A DNA stretch of 63,344 nucleotides, the filler included, from Folioceros fuciformis (taxonomy: Eukaryota): assembly GCA_049999805.1 (NCBI GenBank). It is 31 parts of 31 records of this genome, joined end to end, with 100 filler letters (N's around TTAATTAATTAA, not from the genome) between each part and the next. Parts side by side here need not be neighbours in the genome. Positions count along the whole stretch, not along the records: positions 32,752 to 36,942 come from JBNGIO010004767.1; positions 37,043 to 38,497 come from JBNGIO010004768.1; positions 38,598 to 40,038 come from JBNGIO010004769.1; positions 40,139 to 42,582 come from JBNGIO010004770.1; positions 42,683 to 44,280 come from JBNGIO010004771.1; 26 more parts are not named here. One strand, given 5' to 3'. Shown in pieces: positions 32,752-44,380 of this stretch. A program made the translations under genes and the position numbers. A model generated the notes under the pieces. That model had not been told where the DNA came from and ran no database searches. It was given only the letters and a program-made list of their open reading frames with translations. Each line of letters starts with the position of its first letter. Positions within the stretch are counted from its first letter, which is position 1.

Positions 32752-35185
32752 CCAACCATAGTACTTAACTTCTTATAATTTGGATGTCCCAGTCGACAGT
32801 GCCAGAGCTGCAGCTCGTTATCTGGATCCAATCGTTTGGCAATATGTGCTTGCACTTGTCCTTCAACAAAAGTTCGACAATTGAGTCGATATAAATCTGA
32901 GTCAAGCACGCCAAGGGTAATTTCTGACTGGCTGTCGGCATCCATGATCCTACATTGGTTTTGATCAAAACTAACATTAACGTTCCACTCCTTGCAGACA
33001 TGCCTGACAGACATAAGATTTTTCACCATTTGTGGAACGTGTAGGACTTGCTTCAAAGTTCTGACAGTGCCATCCTGTAAAAGAATCTTCACTGTCCCCA
33101 CGCCTGCTATGTTGAGACCACTCTCATCACCCAGTAATACAAACTGGCCAGGTAAGTATGGCTGATAGTCAATGAAACTGTCTCGTGTATAGCATATGTG
33201 GGCTGAAGCCCCAGAATCAACGAACCATGAATGTTGATCTGATTTTGCATGTGCTAGAAATACTGTTAGAATAATATTAGAGCTTGAACCCTTTGTTTTA
33301 GCAACGACATTTGCCTCTGGTGATGCAGTTTTCCTCGACTCCCTTGCACGCTTCTTTCGACAGTCAGCTTCAATATGCCCTAGATTTCTGCACCAGTTAC
33401 AAGTGAGTTTTCTATGATTTGGATTGGGTGGAGTCCATGCTCCCACTGCTTTCGGCCTGCCCTGCCAGCCTGACCGGTTCGCAAATCTACCTCCTCTGCC
33501 GCCTCTAGCTCCTCTTCCTGCATATAATATGCGTCCATATGAAGTTTGTCCCTGCATTTTATTTGAATTCATTGAGGCCTCCTCCTCTAACAACGCTCCA
33601 ATGGTGTTAGATAGTGATATATTAGCAGCTGCCGCTGTGCGCAGATTGCTGTTCTGCGTACTGACAAATACCCGATATTTGTCTGGTAGGGACATGAGAA
33701 GAGCAACTGAAGCTTGCAGTTCAGAGACCTTTGTCCCTGCAGAAGCTAACTTTTGCCGTAAATGCCTGAAATGCATTACGTGTTGCTCAATTGTTTCTAA
33801 TTCTTTCATTTTGCAGTTCCAAAAAGAACGTGTAGCATGGACAAGTGACGACTGATTCGTCGTGGCAAACATCTGGGATAGAGCTTTCCATGCCAGATGT
33901 GATGTAAGGGCATCTTCTATATGGTGAATCATGCTATTATCGATGGTAAGTTCGAGAATAGCTCTTGCCCTTAAGTCTCTTTTGTCCCATGCTGTTATGT
34001 CTGCAGCCGGTGCACTAGGATCGGGGCGAGGAAATGATCCATCCACCACATCCCATAAATCTTCAATCTTGAGAAGAGTCGTAACTCTGTGTGCCCAGAC
34101 ATCATAATTGGACCCAGTAAACCGATCCTTATCTTTAAAATCTAACTTCATTGTAGTTGCCATTTTTGGTTGTATCCTCCGTTGATATGCTGTTGATTGT
34201 GTGAGCCAATCTGGTAGATTACCAGGAAACCAAGCTCTAGACCTGGTGGGAGGTGGTGATGCGGATCTGTGTTTAACCTGGTGTCTACCCAGATGACAAG
34301 ACCTACCGGTCTCGTTCAATTTTTCTGCGGAGGTAGTCCGTTTGAGTGGCATTCTACTGATGCCACATCTTCAATCTTTTGTGCAGGAACAGAGGATTGA
34401 ATGACTAATACTGTGTCCAAGATTATCTGAAGTCGAACAAAAACATTTTCTAATTTATGTTCCAGGACATTTATATGGTCGTGCAACCCTTCAACCATGG
34501 AACGGGACAGGTTAGGTGACAGATCTGAACTAGTTTTGGAGCGTGATGTTTTTCCGCGACTTGGGCAATAAAAATGCTGACTATTCGACTTTCTATCATG
34601 TTCAAATGGAAATTGGCACTGATATGACTGTCTACGACCTGTGTTTGCTAAGGATTGTGCAATTGTGTCTCCTAAATTTGACAGAAGCCAAGAAGACAAG
34701 TCTCTGTCTGTATCCTCAGCATACCGTCCCCTGGCGCGACCACGATGAGGCATAGTGTATTCAGATCAGAGTACGGGAAAGCTCGATGGATATAAAAAAT
34801 TTCCATTCATAGGTTTGTAGAATGGTTTTTATTCTAATATCGTGGTGCAGGCGCGCGCAAGCAAATCTAGTCGCGACATGATAGAACAAAAGCGTTCGAT
34901 CATGGTGCGCCAGATTTCCTTGCACGCGTAGGTGTCACGACCAAACCTGGCTCTGATACCAAAGAGAAAATTAAGTGGCGTGAGAAGCATAATCCTTATT
35001 GTGACCGAGTGCCTTATGAAGGCACTAAAACCGTTATTACAGTTAGGGTTTCGATTCACTTGTAACTTAAATTAAACCCGCTAATATCTAGAGAATTACT
35101 AAACTGTATTTTATATATAATAATAATTATAAATGCAATATGTCACTGCTAGACTATACTACAATTACACTTCTAATTTCTTTTT
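32752..35185 (-). mobile_element. Ty1/copia 5' half: short LTR, PBS(Met), extra ORF, uninterrupted gag-PR
   Basis: PBS TGGTATCAGAGCCAGGTTT at 34943-34961; CNWCRNLGHIEADC knuckle; WFVDSGASAH; LWHCRLGH. Confidence 0.95.
34316..34753 (-). CDS. Extra ORF between PBS and gag (145 aa; basic N-terminus, heptad segment)
   Basis: ATG-initiated and stop-free; overlaps the gag ATG (34352) by 37 nt in another frame. Confidence 0.6.
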   Translation of the reverse strand: MPHRGRARGRYAEDTDRDLSSWLLSNLGDTIAQSLANTGRRQSYQCQFPFEHDRKSNSQHFYCPSRGKTSRSKTSSDLSPNLSRSMVEGLHDHINVLEHKLENVFVRLQIILDTVLVIQSSVPAQKIEDVASVECHSNGLPPQKN

Positions 35186-35339
35186 CGCCACGTTCCCCTA
35201 GTGGCATGGGGAATCAAGGCCGAGGTGCATCTGCACACTGGATTAACCCTCTAACCCAACAGCCTGCAACACAGGGTCAAGGGAGCTCTTCACCAAAAAA
35301 AACCTCCCCCCTCAATGACAAGCCTGGCCTCTTATACTC

Positions 35340-36942
35340 TCTTGGCAAGGAACCCCCTGTCACTGCCTAACCAGGTCAGCACGCCACAGACAACCCTCCA
35401 CTCGTCAAAACCCTAAACCTAACTCTGACCTAACCTTACTTTGACCTAACCCTAACCCTGACTTGTGCCCCTGGTTGCTCTTATAAAAAATAATCAACCT
35501 CTCAAAACTACCAAAAATCGTGAGTGCCTCTCAACACTCTCTTCCCCTCTCTGATCCTCTCCTTTCCCTTAGATCATCTGCAATCCTTCAGAGACCCCAC
35601 CGTCTTCAGATCCTTCCCTCCATTCTGCTAGCCAAGGCCCATGACCCAGTAGAGCTACTCATCTAGTGCCCCTGAGTGGGCACCTTGTAAGCTTGGCACT
35701 CAAAGCGACAATCCACCATCTCTGCCAACATAACTATCACTAGGCTTCCCACCCGCTAGCAACACGCCTGTACTAGGCTTTCCGCCTGGATGGGGCAGTT
35801 CGCAGGTCCCTTAGCTTTGTCTACACGCATTCACCTAGCGGGCTGCGCCCCCGACCTTTGTCCACACCATCGTAGCCTCCCTGTTCGAAGCATGACTCGA
35901 GCCGGAGCTAGACTCGAGCTGCTTCCCCTCCACCTTGTCCCTGAATCCCGGATTTCTAGCCCCACCTCCTAGGACCCGGCAGCCTAGCCGTCCTGCAGCC
36001 TGGCTGCACCGCCACCACCTTGCCATCTGCTTAGGCTAGCCAACCACTTGGATCCAGTCCGCCCGCTTAGCAACCGCCTGCTTAGATCCCGATCCAGGCC
36101 TCTCAGTGCCTTCTAGCCAGCCAACCTGCCAAATGTGATCCCGGCCAGCCTACCATGGTTGCTTGGATCTTGCCATCCCGGCCCCGTCCAGCCTTAGCGA
36201 TCCGACCGGGCTTGGATTTGCCTGCCAGCCAACCGGATCGCTAAGGCTATCTGGCTGAATTCCCCTGCAGCCGGTCTACTCGTCGACCAGTCAGACTACC
36301 CGCAAGCCGGCCTGCTCTACCCGGCCTCGACCAGCCTACCTGCCTCCACCGGATTCTGCCCCCTGCAGCCAGCCGCCTGTCTGGTTTCAATTCGCTTGCA
36401 CCAGCCTGGATGCACGACCCCCTGTTTGCCTGGATCCGGCCACGTGCGACTCGGACTCTGGCCACCTCCTGGATCTGGCAGCCTTGCCTGGCTGCCTGGC
36501 CGGGCTGGGCTGCGCGCTCCTCAACTAGCTGCTGCTAGGCCAGCCACCTGCTAGGATTCCCCCCCGGCCTGGACTTCCCCCAGCCGGCCGCCAGCCGCCC
36601 AGCAGCTGCTTGGCCCCAGCTCGACCAGCCGCAGCCAACCTGCCATCTGAACCGGCCAGGGGGCTGCCGGAGCCCTTAGGCCAACCTGCCATCTGAACCA
36701 GCCAGGGGGCTGCCTGAGCCCGCAGGCCAGCCGCCGTAGCCCATATCAGGCTCCCAACCTGCCACCCCTACGGATTCGGCTAACCCGCCGCCACGCGGCC
36801 TGCCTCAGCCCTGCCCCAGCTTGCCATGCCCACAGCGCCCTGCCAACAGCCTGCCTCCAGCGTCTCGCCAGCCACCAGCCTTCCTGGCTTTGGCCTAGCT
36901 CTGCCGACCTCCTACTGCCCAGGCCGGGTTGGGTTGTTTGGC
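35340..36942. repeat. GC-rich cryptically simple repeat region (CCAGCC/CTGGC/GGATC motifs), probably TE-internal
   Basis: 36770-36840 resembles 55493-55570; same word composition as 53923-55588 and 61060-62529. Confidence 0.6.
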
Positions 36943-37042
36943 NNNNNNNNNNNNNNNNNNNNNNNNNNNNNNNNNNNNNNNNNNNNTTAATTAATTAANN
37001 NNNNNNNNNNNNNNNNNNNNNNNNNNNNNNNNNNNNNNNNNN

Positions 37043-37160
37043 AAGATGCTTATACTAGGGTAAGTAATTGAGAGATTAGTGTTTGGGCTTCTCATCCATT
37101 CAAGATGCTTATACTAGGGTAAGTAATTGAGAGATTAGTGTTTGGGCTTCTCATCCATTC
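37043..37160. repeat. Perfect 59-bp tandem duplication
   Basis: 37043-37101 equals 37102-37160. Confidence 0.85.
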
Positions 37161-37379
37161 AATATGCTAATTTGGGCCATGACCATAAGTAGGGATCGTG
37201 ATGTTAACTCCAAATGAAGTAAAGATATAAAAGACTTTGTTTATATGGTTTGTAACCATTAAAGGAAATATCATTAATTATAACAATATGTTGTGTGAAT
37301 GGTGAAAAACTTTTATGATAGATTACTAGAAGCTAAAAGATTAGAAAAACCACTAACATGTTCTCATGTAAAGTTTAAA

Positions 37380-38497
37380 CATTATCATAGCAACAAGTGT
37401 TATGTGAAGCATAAGAAGCTGTAAGTGATCTAGGATAAAATAGTAGTCATTAAAAGTATCATGCGAGGGTATGAGTCTCATGATAATTTTTAACTTGGAT
37501 GAAACTAGGTTATTTGATAAGTTTGAACCAAACAAAATATTGATTTACAAAGAGACCAAGTGGGAAGAAAACTCCAAAGCAAAGTTTAATTGTTGCTTTG
37601 GCAGCCAATGTTGGATGATTGGTATAAATTAACCCCATTTGTGATACACAAATTCTTAGGGCTAAGAGCCTTTAGTCGTCAAACGAACGGGAATCTTGGT
37701 ATTCAATGAGTAGCAAACTGAAATGCTTGGATGTTATAATTTATTCTCTTTTCAAATACAAACATGAGAGTTAGGACCATTATATTAATGTACTACTTCT
37801 TTTAGATATTGTATCTTTTCATAAAATATCATTTAAGACACAAAGTAGGTTTCAAATTACAAGGGTCGAATGTTTTTTTTCCCGACGTTACGGGTCGTCC
37901 ATTATACATTACCAATCCATGGATACAAACATTATACATTCCTTTAAATCTAATTACGGAAAGAGGCTCAAGTGGCATCAAATCCAAGAGATTCAAAATC
38001 GTACTTCTTCTCTTATTGATGTACATCAATTATGCTTTGACTGTGGGAAAAAGCATATTGTATTAATGTTAAAACGTCTCTGTGAGCCATTTTTTCTTAG
38101 GTTATGGCAAGGGAGGGCAAGTGATCAATCATGCTTTGAGTGTGGGAAAAAGCATAGTGTATTAATGTTAAAGAAAAAAATCATTACAATTGATTGAAAA
38201 CACTTAGGTTATGGCAAGAGAGGGCAAGTGATAGCATATTGGCTATAGACTTGAATTGGTTTAATTTCAAGATATAGAATGCTCGCAAGATGATGAGCAA
38301 TACCAACATAATCAAGCAACAAGTGAAGATTTGTTGACTAGAAATTATGTAGACTTACGTTGATAGAAACTATTTTTGAGTCAACCTCGCGATTTGGGAC
38401 TTGGAATGACAAGTTCAACCTCTATCATGTTTGCACAAGAATTTATTAACTTGGAGGTGACATATGTATGTACTACCTTTTGTATTTATAATGCACA
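37380..38497 (+). pseudogene. Highly decayed pogo/Tigger-type (DDE_1) transposase
   Basis: Colinear homology with the reverse complement of 52587-53624 (DETRLF, SGKKTPK, QSMDTNIIHSFKSNY). Confidence 0.8.
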
Positions 38498-38577
38498 NNN
38501 NNNNNNNNNNNNNNNNNNNNNNNNNNNNNNNNNNNNNNNNNTTAATTAATTAANNNNNNNNNNNNNNNNNNNNNNNN

Positions 38578-40038
38578 NNNNNNNNNNNNNNNNNNNNGAT
38601 CAATTCCTGGATAACACATTCCTACCTGCCTGTGAGCACAAAGCAAGGAGCACACAAGTAAAGGAAGAAGGTGTGGTGATTGATCGTTTCCCACAGTGTG
38701 AGGAGTGTGTCTTTGTAGTCAGAGACGGCCGCTGGGATTGTCGCTACATTCCTACACCATTGAACCCACAACACCCAAAACCTGCTGAGATTCCTACACA
38801 AGCAAACCTTAGAACTTGTGTTAGTAGAGAAATTCCCTATGCACAATCTATAGCTAGTCATGGAAAGAAGCTAGTATGCAGCCAATGTTCTAACATAGGC
38901 CACTTTCCTACACCTAGTGAACAATTGCTAGTAGGAACACAGGATCTTCCCATAGCACAGGCCGACAAAATTCAATCAGCCTTAGAAGTCATTAGAAATG
39001 ACATAGCAGACCTCAGGAGATCTATCCTTCATGTGTCTCAGCAACTTGCTAGTTTGTCATTCAAACCTATCAAACCAGATGAGCAACCCAAACAAGATTA
39101 CCCAACACTGGACTTCCTAAAGATGGTAGTTGTGCTGAAGGATGCTATGACCAGTATGGAACCAAGCTGCACTGGTGTTGAAGCACCCCTGGATGTCTGA
39201 ATTGTATGAATGACACCTGTCCATGTCATACAGAAATTGGCGCAACAGAATTCCATTGCGCAAGACACCTAAGAGGCCTAATTCGGATCCTTCTCTGTCT
39301 CCACTAGCAGAAGATCCATTAGGACTTGCACAGCAACCTGCTCAGTCATCATCATCATCCCAGGGGAGTACCAATGTTGTACCTGCAAATTTACAAGCAG
39401 CCCAAGTAGCTCATGTAGCACAGGCTGCCTTCACATCTCAGCAAACACAAGTAGAACAGGTGACTCAAGCTGTCAGTGCAGCACTAGGAGCACAACTAAT
39501 CACAATATTTTGCACAATGAGTACTCCACAAAATGTCACCAACAACACAACTGTGAATAACATTAAAATAGACTTTAAAGAAAAGGATAGATTTACTGGT
39601 TCACAGTTTGACATATGGTCTCTACGGGTTCAGACCATCCTAAAAGAACATGATTTATGGGAGGTTGTTGATGGAACCTCTGTAAAACCAGCAGCAGGTT
39701 CACCACCTGCTGACATTGCAGCATGGGTTAAGAAGGACTTACGAGCATTGGGAGTTATTCAGTCCGCGCTTGATGGGACGATGATGCATCACACAAGAGA
39801 TGCAGCATCAACCAAGGCCGTCTAGGACTCTCTATCTCAAGTATACCAGGTTGTCAATGGGACATCCTTGGTTTGTGCAACCCGGGACTTCTATAACTGC
39901 AAAATGCGGGAAGGTGAATCAGTTGAGCAACACGTCATTAAGTTTAGGCAACTGAGGTCTAAGCTTACCTCAAGTGGCACCACCACTACTGAGATGCAGG
40001 CCGCTGTGGCTCTACTGTTGTCACTTCCTGAAAGCTAT
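38578..40038 (+). mobile_element. Ty1/copia leader with extra ORF and gag N-terminus
   Basis: DFKEKDRFTGSQFDIW...LWEVVDG, CKMREGESVEQHV; one stop at 39823-39825. Confidence 0.9.
38673..39200 (+). CDS. Extra ORF upstream of gag (Cys motifs plus heptad segment)
   Basis: 175 stop-free codons with CEEC, CSQCSNIGH and IQSALEVIRNDIADLRRSILHVSQQLASL; ends 22 nt before the gag ATG at 39223; true start probably lies upstream. Confidence 0.6.
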   Translation: MVIDRFPQCEECVFVVRDGRWDCRYIPTPLNPQHPKPAEIPTQANLRTCVSREIPYAQSIASHGKKLVCSQCSNIGHFPTPSEQLLVGTQDLPIAQADKIQSALEVIRNDIADLRRSILHVSQQLASLSFKPIKPDEQPKQDYPTLDFLKMVVVLKDAMTSMEPSCTGVEAPLDV

Positions 40039-40138
40039 NNNNNNNNNNNNNNNNNNNNNNNNNNNNNNNNNNNNNNNNNNNNTTAATTAATTAANNNNNN
40101 NNNNNNNNNNNNNNNNNNNNNNNNNNNNNNNNNNNNNN

Positions 40139-42418
40139 GGGGGGGGGGTAAGAGAGAACAAAGCCGGGGAGACCCCGGAGGCGAGGCGTGTAATGTGTGT
40201 GGGGTGCACGAGACGTGGTGTGTATGAGTGACTGGTCGCGAGGAGACTGGAGAGACTGTGAAGAAACTGAATGGAGACCGCCAGGGCGTATCTAAGGTGG
40301 GAGATCACGTGGGTGGAAGGCGTCTAACAGATTGTTGCTGTTCATGTGTGCGTGCGCTTGTTTCTAAGGTGAGTGAGACGGTTTGTGGTGAACCAAGGAA
40401 GGGAAGCGCCAAAGAGGATGCGCAGGCGGGAGGTAATCAGTCGGGTAGGAATGACCGGGTGGAAGAGAAAATCCTAGAGAGCGGGAACTAAGAGGGAGAG
40501 AGAGAGAGAGAGTGGGACCCACGAGCGGTACACCGTCAGGCGACCGTCGCCCGAAAGGCGACAGAGGCAGCCCGGTGGGCAACCAAGGGTAGTCTAGGGG
40601 AAGGTAGCCCTTGGGGCGACCGGGTGGTTGAGGGGTCGTCCGGTGGGGCAGTAAGGGGGCTTGGTAAGGTCCGAGCACTGGACGTGTGTGCGTGGGTCAG
40701 TCGAGCTTTAAGTGCTAATTGACTTTAGAAGCTAACCTGTGTAGTTAAACACAAATCATTCCCTTGGGATTGAATCCCAGAGCTACAACGACATAGAGGG
40801 CTTGTGTGGACCTCGCGGTACCCCCGGGTACCATATTTTAACCCCACATTTTGGCGCCGTTGCCGGGGAATGAATAGTTGTTACACACATAGGTGAGTGA
40901 CTTACAGTTGAGTAAGGGCTTGAGGAAGAACCAGTAAGGCCAAGGAGGGCCAGAACAGTGGTTGATGGATGCCGCGGGGGAGGGACAGTAATTCAGAGTC
41001 CGAGCCGTTGGAACCAGTTATGGAGAGGCGACAGCGCCAGGCGGTGGAACGATCGCAGCGAGTGTCTCGAAGGTCACAACGTGGGCGTGGGACAGCCGCC
41101 AGTCAGGAAGAACCAAAGAGTCCAGCCATTGAGGGAGGGCGTCCGCTGACAGAATTAGCGGAGTTAGAGGAAGAGGTATTTGGTGTTGAATGCTCACGGG
41201 AACGACCCTTGGAGGGTGTGGTGATCGAACTAGGCCAACCTCGCCAACTTCGTCAGTTTCGCGAACCCAGTGCAGTTCAGGCAGACTTTGTAGGAATAAA
41301 GGTCAGACCTGGGCTGGTAGCCGGACAGACTACTGCGGTAGCCCAAACCACTGCGCCAGCCATGAATACTGTTCCAGTTGCTGTGACTACTAAGCAGTCA
41401 TATCCCCTGTATGAAGAGAAAAAAGGATACGAGGACCTTGACGATTTTGTGGAGCGTTTTGAACAGTTAACCATCTCGAATCAGGACGCGAATGACGCAC
41501 AGCGCGTGCAGCTGTTCTATGGAGTTCTGCGAGGAGCCGCCGCCAAATGGTACAAGAGGGAGTACTTGAAGACAACAACACCTTCGGCCACCTTCGACGC
41601 GCTCAAGAGGTCATTTTGTGAGAGATTCCGCGGGGTGGATGTCGAAGGGTATGTCCTGTCAAAATTGGAGAGGCTACCGCGAAGGCAAAGGGAGACGCTG
41701 CAAGCATATGTGGAGAGGTTCCACAGTCTGCGAGATCGAGCGGGACCTCATTCGGAGCTAATGGCTATTTGATGGTTCGCAAGGGGTCTGGGGTCAGCCA
41801 TGGGCAGGCACGTGCGCTTGCAAGCGGAGAGGGATCTGGAGCGAGCCATAAGGGCTGCGCTGAATTATGAGGAATCCAAAAAAAAAGGCTTGGAAGGAGG
41901 AGAAACAGAGTCATGAGGGGAGGAAGAAACATTCAAAGGGAAAGAAGAAATACTCCTCCTCGGAGGAGAACTCATCGACGGAGGAGGGATCCTCGAGTGC
42001 CGTTTTGGACAACGCGACCACTGAGGATTCGTCAAGTTCAGAGGAAGACTCATTGGAGGACGAGAGAAGAAGGAGAAAGCACAGGCAGTCGAGTAAGTCA
42101 GGATCGCAAAAAAAAATTCGGTCCAAAAATAGGGGGTCTGGGAGGATCAAGGCAGAGCCTGGGAGAGCGAAGAGAGGGGCTGAGCAAGTGAGGAAGGAGG
42201 TAGAGTTGGCAACCAAGAAGGTTGAACAGCAGGGGAACAAGATGGGAGAGATTCTGGCCAAACTGGAAAAACTGCAAATCAATGCTGTAAAGGACCATGA
42301 GAGGAGGAGGGTCGCGATGGGGGGAAGGGCAAATCTTTTTTGTTCAACATGCGGACAGCAGGGACACTCCAGGGCGAGTTGTCCGCAGGTTAAGGTGCAG
42401 ATTGTGGAATACGAAGAA
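40139..42418 (+). mobile_element. Athila/Tat-like Ty3/gypsy 5' LTR end, PBS(tRNA-Asp) and degenerate gag; interrupted by a new LTR (TGTAGGATC) at 42419
   Basis: LTR ends CCCCACA at 40848; LRGAAAKWY, ETLQAYVERF, knuckle CSTCGQQGHSRASC. Confidence 0.9.
40852..40869 (+). promoter_or_regulatory. Primer-binding site, tRNA-Asp
   Basis: TGGCGCCGTTGCCGGGGA, complement of the plant tRNA-Asp(GUC) 3' end and the usual Athila PBS. Confidence 0.9.
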
Positions 42419-43028
42419 TGTAGGATCACTAGAGGAGCATGGTGGAGGAGAGGAGAAGAGGAGGCAGAGAGGAGAGGAGAAAAAGAAGTCACAATGAGAG
42501 TAGTTGGCAAGGGAGCTCAAGGGGGTATTTATACCCTCTAGAAGAGCTCCCTAGGAAGCTTCACAAGAAGCTCACAGGAAGCNNNNNNNNNNNNNNNNNN
42601 NNNNNNNNNNNNNNNNNNNNNNNNNNTTAATTAATTAANNNNNNNNNNNNNNNNNNNNNNNNNNNNNNNNNNNNNNNNNNNNTTCAAGAAATTAATTCTG
42701 GAGAAAGTAAAAATCAAAACATCTTGTGAACATAACAGAATTGGGGCGGGGGAGATAAGAATTGAAACATGATGCTTTCAACAAGATGACATAGGATGCT
42801 TAATAGTGGGTTGGTCAACGTCCCACCAAGTAGTTAGTGCATGTCAGAAGATGATTAGTATGCTTCGGTACGAAATCACGAGGGAATTGGAGTGGGCATT
42901 CGGCGTGGCAGCTGGCCCCTCCTGATTGGTGCACGTAGGAAGATGGTTGCGAACCTATGAGACCGGTGAGCAGAATTAGTGCGGCAGCAGCGGCAGGTTT
43001 AAATGTTTTGGAACTCCGAAGCTGGCTG

Positions 43029-43147
43029 TGATGCGGTCATACCAAGGCTACTACACCAGATCCCATCAGAACTCTGAAGTTAAGCGCCTTTGGGCCGGAA
43101 TAGTACTGGGATGGGTGACCTCCCGGGAAGTCCCGGTGCTGCATCCA
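43029..43147 (+). rRNA. 5S ribosomal RNA gene, bryophyte-like sequence
   Basis: 119 nt, GATGCGGTCATACCAAGGC...GGTGCTGCATCCA, with A and C boxes; TTTAAAT about 30 nt upstream; first base is T rather than the usual G. Confidence 0.97.
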
Positions 43148-43162
43148 TTTTTTCCTTTTTTT
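43148..43162 (+). terminator. RNA polymerase III oligo-T terminator
   Basis: T6 run followed by further T runs immediately after the 5S gene. Confidence 0.85.
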
Positions 43163-43615
43163 GTTTTGTTTTTGTGCCTTTCTAAATCCTTGAATACTCC
43201 TTGCTCCACTAGCCATTCACTCCACTAAGAATTCCTTTCTCTTGGTTTTTGAATTTCACTACAACTTTGCTACGTAGGAGAGACCATGGGTTTGAAAATG
43301 AGAATAGTTAATAAGAGAGCTTTATTTTGTTATAAAAACTTTCCAACAAAAATAAGATAAAAAATGAAACAAAACTTAACTAACTAACTAAGGAGATACA
43401 TACATACATGCCATACCTACAAATAGAAATACTTATTAGTATGCTTCATACATACACATTTTAGCTTTTTCAAACTAAAATAAAAAAAATAAAAAATAAA
43501 AAATATATATGCAAACATGGTATGCCATGTAAGATTTTAAAAAATGAGAAGTTAAAAATTTAAAAAATATCGCATCTATGAATAAGACAAATGCAAAATG
43601 AATTAAACAAATGAT

Positions 43616-43830
43616 GCAAAACGAATAGACAAATGTGAAATCTAGGAATGAGATGATTGCAAAACGAATAGACAAATGTGAAATCTAGGAACGAGATGAT
43701 TGCAAAACGAATAGACAAATGTGAAATCTAGGAACGAGATGATTGCAAAACGAATAGACAAATGTCACATCTAGGGATGAGATGATTGCAAAATAAATAA
43801 ACAAATGTCACATCTAGGAATGAGATGATT
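43616..43830. repeat. Tandem repeat, 5 x 43 bp
   Basis: Units GCAAAACGAATAGACAAATGTGAAATCTAGGAATGAGATGATT start at 43616, 43659, 43702, 43745 and 43788. Confidence 0.95.
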
Positions 43831-44380
43831 GCAAGATAAATAAACTTCAAGAATTGGAAAGGAAGAGGGCAAAGGGAGAGGGGGGGAAATAATTCAAGGT
43901 TTAAAAATAAGGAGAAGAGAAGTGTTTAAAGAAATAAAAACTCAATCAAGTGTTAGTTGAACAACACATTAGTGAACTAATGAGTAGTGCATTAACCATC
44001 ATGACATTAGCTAGCATCCTACATTGTACTATTTCTTGTTGGTTAGATACCCCATTAATATTTGCCCCTTGGATACTACTTCTTCGTTCCAATCTTCCAA
44101 ATTTCTGAATTCTCTCCCCACTTCTTGATTTTTATTCCAATCTTCCAAATTTCTGAATTCTCTCCCCACTTCTTGATTTTGGTCTTCCAAACCTTAAATT
44201 TCCCTCCTTCACCAAAAGCAGAAAATCAAATAGAATAAAGATTGAAATCAGAAGTGGAAAATAAAATAAAAATAAAGAATNNNNNNNNNNNNNNNNNNNN
44301 NNNNNNNNNNNNNNNNNNNNNNNNTTAATTAATTAANNNNNNNNNNNNNNNNNNNNNNNNNNNNNNNNNNNNNNNNNNNN

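Noticed and set aside
33424-33855. Plus-strand ORFs opposite gag or pol (also 12906-13385 and 41911-42510)
   Set aside because: Shadow ORFs of the real coding strand, with no independent start or splice evidence
43029-43147. Cassandra TRIM-derived 5S fragment
   Set aside because: The 5S is full length with upstream motif and terminator, and is not flanked by LTR, PBS or PPT
43616-43830. 43-bp array as a CRISPR
   Set aside because: Head-to-tail units with no unique spacers and no cas genes, in a eukaryotic context
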